From Akkermansia sp. (lineage in GTDB: Bacteria > Verrucomicrobiota > Verrucomicrobiia > Verrucomicrobiales > Akkermansiaceae), in assembly GCA_045654325.1 (NCBI GenBank), contig JAZONE010000101.1:62077-126076 (forward strand): DNA of 64,000 nucleotides, given 5' to 3'. Below the pieces are notes generated by a model. It searched no databases and was not told the origin of the DNA. It was given only the letters and a program-made list of their open reading frames with translations. Made by a program: the position numbers and the translations under genes. Numbering within the stretch: the first letter of the stretch is position 1; each line of letters starts with the position of its first letter. This document shows, piece by piece, positions 39,483-48,089 of the stretch.

Positions 39483-40552
39483 CCGCCAGTACGGAGATGC
39501 AGATGTCCTGCCTGGGACTGAACTACCGCAGCTGTCCGGTTGCGGTGCGCGAACAGTTTGCTGTAGGAAAGCATCGGCTCGCTGAGGTGAATATCCAGCT
39601 GGCTGCGCTGCCGGGCGTGCAGGAATGTGTGCTGCTCTCCACTTGTAATCGTACTGAAATATACTACTGGAGTCAGTCTGCAGACACCGCTCAGCAGGCC
39701 ATTCTGGAGTATTTCCTGGGTAATGCACCCTCCGCAGTTGAGTGCCGCCATTACTTCTATCATCACAGGGGAGAACATGCTCTGTTTCACCTGGCTGCGG
39801 TGGCTTCCGGTCTGGATTCCATGGTTGTGGGTGAAACTGAAATCTTCGGCCAGCTCAAGGAGGCTTATCGCGTGGCACTCGAAGCCGGGGTCACCTCTAC
39901 CTGGGCAAACCGCACCTTCCAGCAGGTGTTTTCTGTGGGTAAGAAAGTCCGCACGGCATCTCATATCACGAGTGGTCCTACTTCCGTGGGGGCTGCCGCG
40001 GTGCAGATGGCTCAGGAAATCCTCGGTAACCTCTCCGGCTCCAATGTGCTGGTGGTCGGCGCTGGTGAAGTAGCGCGCACCACGGCGCAGAGCCTGCGTT
40101 CGCGCGGAGCAGAGAGTATTTTTGTAGCTAATCGTTCCTATGACCGGGCTGTGGAACTGGCATCTCAGGTGGGTGGCAAGGTCATCCGATTTACGGAGTG
40201 GGTACCGTATCTGGAAAATATCGATATTGTCATTGTATCGACGGCTTCGCCGGTGTATGTTGTTTCTCCTCCCGTTCTGGAGCAGGTGCAGAGCGTGCGC
40301 CGTCGCCCCTTGTTCCTGATAGACCTTTCTGTGCCGCGAAATGTTGACCCCGCCTGTGGGCTCGTGGATGATGTCCATGTGTACGATATGGATGCTATGG
40401 AGTCGATGACTGCTGAAACCCGCCGTCAGCGTGCCCGCGAAGTTTCCCGGTGCGAAGAAATTATCCGGGAGTGGCTCGCTGAAGCCGGCACAGCCCTGCT
40501 CAGAAAAACTCACCTTGCTCCGGATTCCGGCAAAAAAATTAATTTTTGCTGA
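39479..40552 (+). CDS. hemA: Glutamyl-tRNA reductase (short form)
   Basis: LSTCNRTE, SGLDSMVVGETEI, GAGE, ANRS and DLSVPRNVD; ATGA overlap with cobA. Confidence 0.93.
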   Translation: MTASTEMQMSCLGLNYRSCPVAVREQFAVGKHRLAEVNIQLAALPGVQECVLLSTCNRTEIYYWSQSADTAQQAILEYFLGNAPSAVECRHYFYHHRGEHALFHLAAVASGLDSMVVGETEIFGQLKEAYRVALEAGVTSTWANRTFQQVFSVGKKVRTASHITSGPTSVGAAAVQMAQEILGNLSGSNVLVVGAGEVARTTAQSLRSRGAESIFVANRSYDRAVELASQVGGKVIRFTEWVPYLENIDIVIVSTASPVYVVSPPVLEQVQSVRRRPLFLIDLSVPRNVDPACGLVDDVHVYDMDAMESMTAETRRQRAREVSRCEEIIREWLAEAGTALLRKTHLAPDSGKKINFC

Positions 40553-40569
40553 AATTTCAGTCAATTTTT

Positions 40570-40596
40570 GAACGTAGAGCCAAACTGTTTGTCTAC
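40570..40596 (+). promoter_or_regulatory. Putative ECF (sigmaE-like) promoter
   Basis: GAACGT, N16, TCTAC, ending about 30 bp before the ATG at 40628. Confidence 0.4.
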
Positions 40597-40627
40597 ACCG
40601 TAATCCTGCGAACCGATATTCCGCGAT

Positions 40628-41203
40628 ATGGACAAAGTAAATCGCACATCAATTCCTGAATCCGAGGCTCAACTGGTAGCATTGCTGGCAACACTCAGAG
40701 TGCAGCCTGTTGAAGAGGCAGATTTCGAATCCCGGTTTCTGAGTGAGTTTCACGACCGCGTAGCGCGTGAGGCGGTGTGCACACCGGCAAGGCGTCACCT
40801 GTTGTCGCACCTGCTGCAACTCGTGGATAACTTTGGTCGTGGCAGGCTGGCGTTTGGTGCCTCTGCCTTGGGGATTGTTGTGGTCGGTGCCTGTTTTGCG
40901 TTGGTGCCTGCTGCTCAGGTAGGTTCTGATACTACCGCTACGGTTGCTCATTCTGCAGCAGAGCATGCGGCACCGCTTCTGATGCCTTCGTTTGATACGG
41001 ATCTGGTTCAGTGTGCGACAGTGCATGTGGAGCAGGGGAAGACTACTCTGGTAAATCCCGGGGTGACCGTCATTCGTGGTCAGAAAGCGACCATTATCGA
41101 AATCCCTGCCAATTATCACACAACGCTTCATTATTCTACGGAAAATAACCGCAACGCCAACAGAACGCAATTGCCCAGCAGTGCTGTGCGCTATGCGTTC
41201 TAA
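40628..41203 (+). CDS. Single-TM hypothetical protein, anti-sigma-like topology
   Basis: Cytoplasmic helical N-terminus (DFESRFLSEFHDR), one TM segment, then a low-complexity periplasmic tail. Confidence 0.6.
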   Translation: MDKVNRTSIPESEAQLVALLATLRVQPVEEADFESRFLSEFHDRVAREAVCTPARRHLLSHLLQLVDNFGRGRLAFGASALGIVVVGACFALVPAAQVGSDTTATVAHSAAEHAAPLLMPSFDTDLVQCATVHVEQGKTTLVNPGVTVIRGQKATIIEIPANYHTTLHYSTENNRNANRTQLPSSAVRYAF

Positions 41204-41293
41204 TGCTTTCGAAATGTCATTTTTGCCGCTTTTGCCGGCATAGAGCCGATTCTGGCTTGCATTAGGCGTCTCCGTTTGGTATAAAACTGGCAT

Positions 41294-42823
41294 ATGGAGA
41301 TTGAGTGCAGCAAGTGTCACCGTCGTTTCAATGTGACCAACGAGGGCTCTGAAATATGCCCGGATTGTCTCAGGAATGAGTTTGCCACGGTGGCTCCGAG
41401 TCTTGATGCCTCTGAGCGGGCAGAACTGGCGGCGGAATACCATGATTCCCTGAAGCGGCAGGCCGCTCGTGCTGAGATGATGGGTGGTGTCTATGCCTCC
41501 GGTCGCGCATTCAGTGTTGCGGGTAAATTGCGTTTGTCGCTTGGCATCGGGGTGTTCCTCATCTGCGGTTTTCTGTTTCTGATTAGCGACAAGGAATCAG
41601 GAGTGACCTTCCTGGCGAATCTTGATGTCGATTCTCAGCGCATTATATCGATGATATTATGTGTGGTGAGCGCTGTCCTTGTGGCTTCTGCAGGCTTGAG
41701 ATATCGTAAGACACTTTTCGTGATTGCGGCGGTTATTCTGGCATCGGGTTGGTATTTTCCGGTTCTGCTTCAGCTTGCGCAGAGCAAGAGCCCGGCTACT
41801 GCGGAGGAAGCAACTGCTGATAAGGTGAAGACCCCGGAAAAAGACACGGCGAAAGAGGAACCCACCGGTGGCCCCTTGCTTACAAGAGCAGATTTAGATG
41901 TGTATTATTCGCTGAAATCATCTTCGCAGCGTTTATCTCACTATGCCGTCTTTCTCGATAATCAGGATGCCCGGTCCCGTAGCCTGATGCGTGAGGCGCT
42001 CAATCGTCTGCTCGAGGCCGAATTCACCCGCGCATATACTCGTGCCAATGGTGCGCTTTACGTTGTTGCCAATGTACGCGGTTCTCGCAAGAATATCTCT
42101 CAGCTTCTGTCTCGCTTTGGCCGGGTTGTGCATGCAGACACCGCCGAAGGAATATATGAGGTGCGTTTTGACGCGGATAAGTCAAATCTGGTCAGTCAAT
42201 ATTCTCCGGATATTCTTTCTTCTCCGCTGAATACGTCCTTTGTGGCAGCCAATCTGAGTGAGCTGCGCTGCGTGGATCCCATGCGTGTGCGTATGGCTGC
42301 CAGCTCATTGGCTCGGGCAAATGTCCGGGTGTTGCGTCGTGAAGTTCGCGATACGCTTGTGGAGGTGCTCCGTGATCCGTGGGCAACCGTTCCCGATACC
42401 TACTCTGAGTTGATTGAGGCCTTGGTAACATATAGCCCTGAGCAAGACAAGGAAGCGGTGAGCCATGCGATGAAGTATTTCGAGGCGCGCCGTGTTCTGA
42501 ATCGTGAAGTGTCGCCGCAGGTGACCATGTATCTCATTCGCGAAGTGCCGGACCAGATGGTGAATCCCATTCTCGATTTCTGGTGCGAGAATCCCATCCA
42601 CTGGGGTGAAATGCTCAACCAGCTCGGCAGACGTGTCCAGGCCCCCTTGCTCGAGCGTCTTTCTGCCACCAGCAACATACGCCTTATCACCACAATGCTC
42701 AAGTATCTCGAAGACCGTGGAACGGCTGAAGCCCTGCCTGTGGTCGAGAAGTTCCTTGATTATCCCGACACCATTATCCGACATTCTGCGCAGGCTACTT
42801 GCGAAGCAATCAAGTCTCGCTGA
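41294..42823 (+). CDS. Membrane protein with N-terminal Zn ribbon and C-terminal HEAT-like repeats
   Basis: CSKC..CPDC, three TM segments, and a HEAT-like end (ALPVVEKFLDYPDTIIRHSAQ). Confidence 0.7.
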   Translation: MEIECSKCHRRFNVTNEGSEICPDCLRNEFATVAPSLDASERAELAAEYHDSLKRQAARAEMMGGVYASGRAFSVAGKLRLSLGIGVFLICGFLFLISDKESGVTFLANLDVDSQRIISMILCVVSAVLVASAGLRYRKTLFVIAAVILASGWYFPVLLQLAQSKSPATAEEATADKVKTPEKDTAKEEPTGGPLLTRADLDVYYSLKSSSQRLSHYAVFLDNQDARSRSLMREALNRLLEAEFTRAYTRANGALYVVANVRGSRKNISQLLSRFGRVVHADTAEGIYEVRFDADKSNLVSQYSPDILSSPLNTSFVAANLSELRCVDPMRVRMAASSLARANVRVLRREVRDTLVEVLRDPWATVPDTYSELIEALVTYSPEQDKEAVSHAMKYFEARRVLNREVSPQVTMYLIREVPDQMVNPILDFWCENPIHWGEMLNQLGRRVQAPLLERLSATSNIRLITTMLKYLEDRGTAEALPVVEKFLDYPDTIIRHSAQATCEAIKSR

Positions 42824-42858
42824 TCTGACTCTCTTCACATCACTGGCTTTTTTCTACA

Positions 42859-45414
42859 ATGACTGCACGCTTTATTAAATTATTGATAGGAAGCTTTCTT
42901 TTCTTCTGTCTGGGTATAGCCTTGTTCCCGGCTTTATTTCCTACATATGAGAAGAAGAAAGTGACAAAGAAAGTCACCCCTCAGCAACAGGTGGTGAAGC
43001 GCGATACCGTGGTGGATGACTGGGATTCCGATTCCGGCGTTGAAGATACCGATGAAGCCTGGGTCGAGGAAGAAGAACCGGTTGTCGATGATACGCCCGA
43101 CCGCCGCGTGGCCCGCATGGACGACGAGACTTTCGATGAAGAGGACGTACCCATTGACCCGAAGCAGAACGTCGTGCCCGAGGCGCGCGTACACGCTGAG
43201 TTCACTTCTGCTCTCGCGGAAATGCGCCGCTTTGCCGATACGCTGGCAAAACAGGAAAAAGAAAATTACCTGAGCGATGAGTACCCCGCTGCCGACTGGG
43301 CTGACCCGGAGAAGATTTATTACTCGCTTGCAGAGCGTATTCTCAACAAGCTGGGCAAGCTGGATGAAAAGACCGTGCTTCGCTACTTGCAGGATCCTGC
43401 CTCCCGACTGGACCTGGCACGTGTGACTCTGATTCGCAAGGCCGGTTCCCAGGGCATTCGCACGGTGTCCCTTCGCCCCAAGGGTAAGGAGCTGCTGGGT
43501 GCTTTGAGCCGCGACCTGGGCTGGATGACCAATCTGCTGCATACCGGTCCGTCCAAGGAAATGGAGAAGGCTCTCTGCTTCCTGGAAACAATCTACGGGC
43601 AGGTGGGCGAGAAAGAACTCGAAAACCCTGTGACCCGCCGTATCGCCACGACCACCGCTCTGGAGTTTGCCCGCGAAGGCTGGTCTGAGCAGGATATGCT
43701 CAACCGCTTCAACTACTACAACAACAGTTGGAAGGAAGGTAAGCTCAATGCGCTTTTCGATACTCTCCAGTATTGGGAAACCCGTTTTGTGACTGGTTGT
43801 AAGCAGCCCGGCGACGGCGCCGGCAGCTGGGGTGGCCCCCGTAACCTTACCTGGCATCGTGATAATGTGCGCCTGCCCATGGAGCAGTACCTCGGTGCTG
43901 AATGCCAGCTCGAGTACCGCCTTCGCAACGTGGCCGGCGACTCCGTGTTCTCCTCTGAATACCTGGCTCCCATCTGGAAGTACGTGAACTTCACCACCGG
44001 CTGGGCTTACCGTGAAATCGGCGGCGTGTGCGGTGCCTTGTCCCACTATGCCACCTACAGTGCTCTGGCTGCCGGTTTGCCCGCTGCCACCATGGGCGAG
44101 CCCGGTCACTGCGCCTATGCCATGCGCATTGGCAATAACTGGCACCGTGGCAACTCGATTTACTGGCAGCACAGCCTGCACAAGACTTTCTGGGGTGAGC
44201 ACGAGTGGGGTTACCTCATCCTGACCCAGAAGCTGTACGAGGAGCGCCATAAGACGCTGGCTGCTGACTACCTGGTCTCCATGGCGGATTTCCTTACCGC
44301 CCGCCGCAAGATGAAGGCTGCTTTCAACTGCTACGAGGTCGCGGTGAAATCCCAGCCGAACAACTGGCCGGCTCTCAAGCGCTATGCCGCCTACCTCAAG
44401 TTCAAGGCTCCTGAGGACCTGGAGAAGTGGATGACCCTGCACGATGCCGTGATGGATGGCATGGGCAAGGAGCATCACCACGCGGCCGCCACCTTGCTTT
44501 CCCGCTATGTGTACCCGAACCTGGCTCCGCTCATCAAGGACCGCGCTAAGCTGAACAAGATGTACTCCGGCCTGTTCTCCCACTTCAAGACATGGGGTGC
44601 CAACCGCTGGGAAATCGGCCCGGTGCTCAATGCGCAGATTGCTACCTGCCGAAATGACGACGAGAAGCGCAAGTACATGCGCGAAGTGCTGCGCGTGCTC
44701 ATGAAGAGCCCGGACTACGCCGGTGCCGTGCTTACCTGGGGTCTGGGTTACATCTCCTCCCTGCCGGAGGGCGATGGCAAGATTCAGGAGGATTTCACCA
44801 ATATGCTGGTGCAGGCCATGAGTCGCACCGGTGGCTCCCGCAAGGACCAGGACGAGACCTGGGGTACCCTGGGTGAGGCCATTCACGCCGCTGCCAAGAA
44901 CAAGGAGCGCCGCACGTTCCAGGCCATCGGTCGCCTGGCCAGCCGCAAGTGCAAGAACAAGTTCCCCAAGAAGGGCCCCCGCATCAAGGGCTTCTCCGGT
45001 CGTGTGGTTTCCACCACGGGCTGGATTGATACCGCCACCACCATCGGCGATATGAGCAACTGCTGCCTCCACTGGGGTGTGCTGCAGCGCACCGGTGGTG
45101 CCATGCCCGGTAAGTTCGAAGGTAAATCCGGCCTGACCGTGGGGCTGGAGAAGAAGTGTGATTTCACCGGTGTGGTGTGCATCAGCTCGGAGAAAGAGCT
45201 CAAGAAAGACCGCCCGTTCTACCTCGAGGTGTCGGACGACGGCCAGAACTGGTACCGTGTCTCCCCCAACGGCGTTATCAACGGTAACCAGATTCGCTTC
45301 GACCTGAAGAAGAGCGAAGCTTCCGGCAAGTTTGTGCGCATGCTCCGCGAGGGCGATAAGTATGAGCCCGGTATTGCCGGTTTCTACGTGTACGGCAAGC
45401 CCCAGAAAAACTAA
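42859..45414 (+). CDS. Membrane-anchored protein with a transglutaminase-like Cys/His core and C-terminal discoidin (F5/8 type C)-like domain
   Basis: N-terminal TM, acidic linker, GGVCGALSHY..GEPGHCAY, TPR-like helices, and LEVSDDGQNW..GKFVRM..FYVYG. Confidence 0.65.
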   Translation: MTARFIKLLIGSFLFFCLGIALFPALFPTYEKKKVTKKVTPQQQVVKRDTVVDDWDSDSGVEDTDEAWVEEEEPVVDDTPDRRVARMDDETFDEEDVPIDPKQNVVPEARVHAEFTSALAEMRRFADTLAKQEKENYLSDEYPAADWADPEKIYYSLAERILNKLGKLDEKTVLRYLQDPASRLDLARVTLIRKAGSQGIRTVSLRPKGKELLGALSRDLGWMTNLLHTGPSKEMEKALCFLETIYGQVGEKELENPVTRRIATTTALEFAREGWSEQDMLNRFNYYNNSWKEGKLNALFDTLQYWETRFVTGCKQPGDGAGSWGGPRNLTWHRDNVRLPMEQYLGAECQLEYRLRNVAGDSVFSSEYLAPIWKYVNFTTGWAYREIGGVCGALSHYATYSALAAGLPAATMGEPGHCAYAMRIGNNWHRGNSIYWQHSLHKTFWGEHEWGYLILTQKLYEERHKTLAADYLVSMADFLTARRKMKAAFNCYEVAVKSQPNNWPALKRYAAYLKFKAPEDLEKWMTLHDAVMDGMGKEHHHAAATLLSRYVYPNLAPLIKDRAKLNKMYSGLFSHFKTWGANRWEIGPVLNAQIATCRNDDEKRKYMREVLRVLMKSPDYAGAVLTWGLGYISSLPEGDGKIQEDFTNMLVQAMSRTGGSRKDQDETWGTLGEAIHAAAKNKERRTFQAIGRLASRKCKNKFPKKGPRIKGFSGRVVSTTGWIDTATTIGDMSNCCLHWGVLQRTGGAMPGKFEGKSGLTVGLEKKCDFTGVVCISSEKELKKDRPFYLEVSDDGQNWYRVSPNGVINGNQIRFDLKKSEASGKFVRMLREGDKYEPGIAGFYVYGKPQKN

Positions 45415-45435
45415 CCCAAGCCCATTTTCAAGACG

Positions 45436-46515
45436 ATGATTAAGCAGATATTCAAGATGCTGGCGCTGGCTCTGCTCATGGCGGTGCCTTCGCTGGCAGC
45501 AGTAGCCCGCACCTACCCGGATGCCTTGTCCAAGGCGGGTAAGAACCCCATCGTGATGTTTATCTACGGTGCAAATTACGATAAGGTAAGCGAGCGCACG
45601 TACGAAGCATTTGTCAAGAAGAACAAGATTGCTCCTTTCATCCGTCAGGCAGTGTTCCTGGAGATGCCTCTCTACCAGATGCCTAATGACCGTGAGAAGA
45701 AGGATATGGCCAAGCGCCTGGGCAACAAACGTCTGCCCGGCGGTATCTACAGCTATCCCTGTCTGGCGGTGGTAGATGCGCACGAAAATCTGCGCGGGGT
45801 GGTGCAGGGGCCGGAGGAGATGAAAGACCCCGAAACCGCTCTGGCCGTGCTTAAAAACCATATTGACAACTTCTACAAGCAGGAAAAGCTGCTTGAACGC
45901 GCGGCAAAGGCCAAAGGCGACCGTCAGTCGGCTCTTCTGCTCGAAGCTGCGGACATTGACCTCCGCATGCCCCGCGCCGGCCATGGCGGCAATACAGCCA
46001 TGGGGCAGCGTCTGGCTTTCGACCCCTTGTCGGTTGTGGAGAAGCTGCAGACCCTGTCCTATCCCGAGGCAAATGCTTACATCCGCCAGATGATGGCTCA
46101 GGGTGGCTACTCCAAACTGCAGCGCCAGATGATGATGGCTGCCTACGCCGGGCATCTCCGCCGCGGTGCAGAGGGGCAGTCCCCCGCTTCCAAGGAACGT
46201 CTGCGCGCCCTGTACACCGAAATGCGTAACATTGACCCCAAGTCCACCTACGGCGCTTATGCTGAGGGCGCTCTCGTCATCTGGGTGGAAGGCGGCTCCC
46301 TGACCGACCAGCCCATCCCCACGGAAATCAACCGTGTGAATAAGAATGACGATGGTGGCAGTGGTTCCGGTTCCGGCACGGTGACTCCCGGCAAGTCTAC
46401 CCCCGGTAAGTCTACTCCCGGCAATACCGCCATGGGGTCCGTGGTTGAGCCCGAGGAGGTAGGTTCCGTGGACGCCGATGCGGAAGAGGAGGACGATGAC
46501 TCTGATTTCCAATGA
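45436..46515 (+). CDS. Secreted protein with thioredoxin-like N-terminal fold (no CxxC) and helical domain
   Basis: Signal peptide, YPDALSKA..KNPIVMFIYG and YSYPCLAVVD, GKSTP repeats and an acidic tail. Confidence 0.6.
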   Translation: MIKQIFKMLALALLMAVPSLAAVARTYPDALSKAGKNPIVMFIYGANYDKVSERTYEAFVKKNKIAPFIRQAVFLEMPLYQMPNDREKKDMAKRLGNKRLPGGIYSYPCLAVVDAHENLRGVVQGPEEMKDPETALAVLKNHIDNFYKQEKLLERAAKAKGDRQSALLLEAADIDLRMPRAGHGGNTAMGQRLAFDPLSVVEKLQTLSYPEANAYIRQMMAQGGYSKLQRQMMMAAYAGHLRRGAEGQSPASKERLRALYTEMRNIDPKSTYGAYAEGALVIWVEGGSLTDQPIPTEINRVNKNDDGGSGSGSGTVTPGKSTPGKSTPGNTAMGSVVEPEEVGSVDADAEEEDDDSDFQ

Positions 46516-46546
46516 TGGCATAGCCTCACTATTAGCTTGATTTTTC

Positions 46547-46582
46547 AGGTCGGCGGGTGTATTATCCCCGCCGACTTCTTTT
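46547..46582 (+). terminator. Rho-independent terminator
   Basis: aggtcggcggg ... cccgccgactt followed by cttttt. Confidence 0.7.
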
Positions 46583-46594
46583 TAGACGGCTGTT

Positions 46595-48031
46595 ATGCTG
46601 GGATTTATCGTATATATTGTGTGCGCGTTGCTTCTGGTGGCCGGTTATCTGTGCTACGGCCGCCTGGCTGAGAAGGTATACGGAGTGAACCCGGACATGC
46701 CCATGCCCTGCGTGACCAGGGCCGATGGCGTGGACTTCGTGCAGATGCCCACCTGGCGTATTTTTCTTATCCAGCTTCTGAATATCGCCGGTCTGGGGCC
46801 GGTGGTGGGAGCCATATCCGGCTGCCTGTTCGGGCCGGTGGCTCTGCTGTGGATTGTGCTGGGCTGTGTGCTTGCGGGTGCCATGCATGATTTCATGTCG
46901 GCCGCCATGTCGGCCACCCGGCAGGGCGAGAATCTGCCGGAGATTGTGGGAGCCGAGCTGGGGCGTGGTGCTCGTTACGCCATGCGTCTGGTGTGCATTT
47001 TTCTGCTGCTGATGGTGGGCGTGGTGTTCACGCTGCTGCCGGCAGGTATGCTGGGCAATATGTTCGGTCTGTTGCCGGCGGAGGGCTGGAGCCTGCTTAT
47101 TCTTGGCTATTATTTCCTGGCTACCATTCTGCCTATCAATGCCATCATCGGGCGTATCTATCCTGTGTTTGGTGCCTTGTTCCTGTTTATGGCCGTAGGG
47201 CTGGCTGTTATGCTGCCGGTCAGGGGCTATGAGGTGCTGCCGAATCTGGATTTCCTTAGCAACCAGCACCCTGCGGGTATTTCGGTATGGCCCATGCTCT
47301 TTGTTACCATTGCCTGTGGTGCCATTTCCGGGTTCCACGCCACGCAGAGCCCCATGATGGTGCGCTGCCTGAACAAGGCCGCCAACCTGCGCCGGGTGTT
47401 CTACGGCGCCATGATTGTGGAGGGACTCGTGGCGCTCGTCTGGTGCGTGGTCGGCCTCAGTCTGCGCGAGGTGCTTATCAGCAGTAATGAGACTTTCGGT
47501 CAGATGATTGTGCAGAACCCGTCTGCTGCGGTGCATACCGCCTGCGAGCTACTGCTGGGTTCCACCGGCGGTATGCTGGCTGTGCTGGGTGTGGTGGTGC
47601 TGGCTGTAACCAGCGGCGATACCGCCATGCGCAGCTGCCGTCTCATGCTGGCAGATGTGATTCATGTAGGTCAGGCGCGTATGATGCCGCGTCTGGCGCT
47701 GGCCGTACCCCTGTTTGCCGCGGTTGTAGTCATTTCCCAGCTTGATTTCTCGGTTATCTGGCGCTATTTCGGCTGGGGGAACCAGACCCTCTCCTGCATC
47801 ACGCTGTGGAGCATAGCCGTCTGCCTGCGTCGCCGCGGTCGATGCAGCGCCATGGCGCTGGTGCCGGCGCTGTTCATGACCTGCATGTGCACCACCTTCC
47901 TGCTGCATGCGCAGGAGTGCGCCATCCACCTGCCGCTCGGCATTTCCACCGCTGCCGGTTGCCTGGTTTCGCTGGCTTGCGTCGTGGCATTTTACCGTTG
48001 CGTGCGCCCATCTGCAGAGAATGCGGCCTGA
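46595..48031 (+). CDS. cstA: Carbon starvation protein A family transporter
   Basis: LIQLLNIAGLGPVVG, GAMHDF, TIACGAISGFHATQSP, TSGDTA and WRYFGWGNQ. Confidence 0.93.
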   Translation: MLGFIVYIVCALLLVAGYLCYGRLAEKVYGVNPDMPMPCVTRADGVDFVQMPTWRIFLIQLLNIAGLGPVVGAISGCLFGPVALLWIVLGCVLAGAMHDFMSAAMSATRQGENLPEIVGAELGRGARYAMRLVCIFLLLMVGVVFTLLPAGMLGNMFGLLPAEGWSLLILGYYFLATILPINAIIGRIYPVFGALFLFMAVGLAVMLPVRGYEVLPNLDFLSNQHPAGISVWPMLFVTIACGAISGFHATQSPMMVRCLNKAANLRRVFYGAMIVEGLVALVWCVVGLSLREVLISSNETFGQMIVQNPSAAVHTACELLLGSTGGMLAVLGVVVLAVTSGDTAMRSCRLMLADVIHVGQARMMPRLALAVPLFAAVVVISQLDFSVIWRYFGWGNQTLSCITLWSIAVCLRRRGRCSAMALVPALFMTCMCTTFLLHAQECAIHLPLGISTAAGCLVSLACVVAFYRCVRPSAENAA

Positions 48032-48089
48032 AACGCGTTTGCCGCTTGATATAGCAGCTCATTTCTGCTAAAATGCAGCAACCTCAGGT

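Noticed and set aside
46381-46425. 15-bp tandem repeat encoding TPGKS
   Set aside because: Ordinary in-frame low-complexity linker with degenerate third positions; not CRISPR or a contingency locus.
42934-46521. 1195-aa antisense ORF spanning two genes
   Set aside because: Shadow ORF. Strong C/G-ending codon bias on the sense strand removes antisense stops, and the translation has no protein-like motifs.
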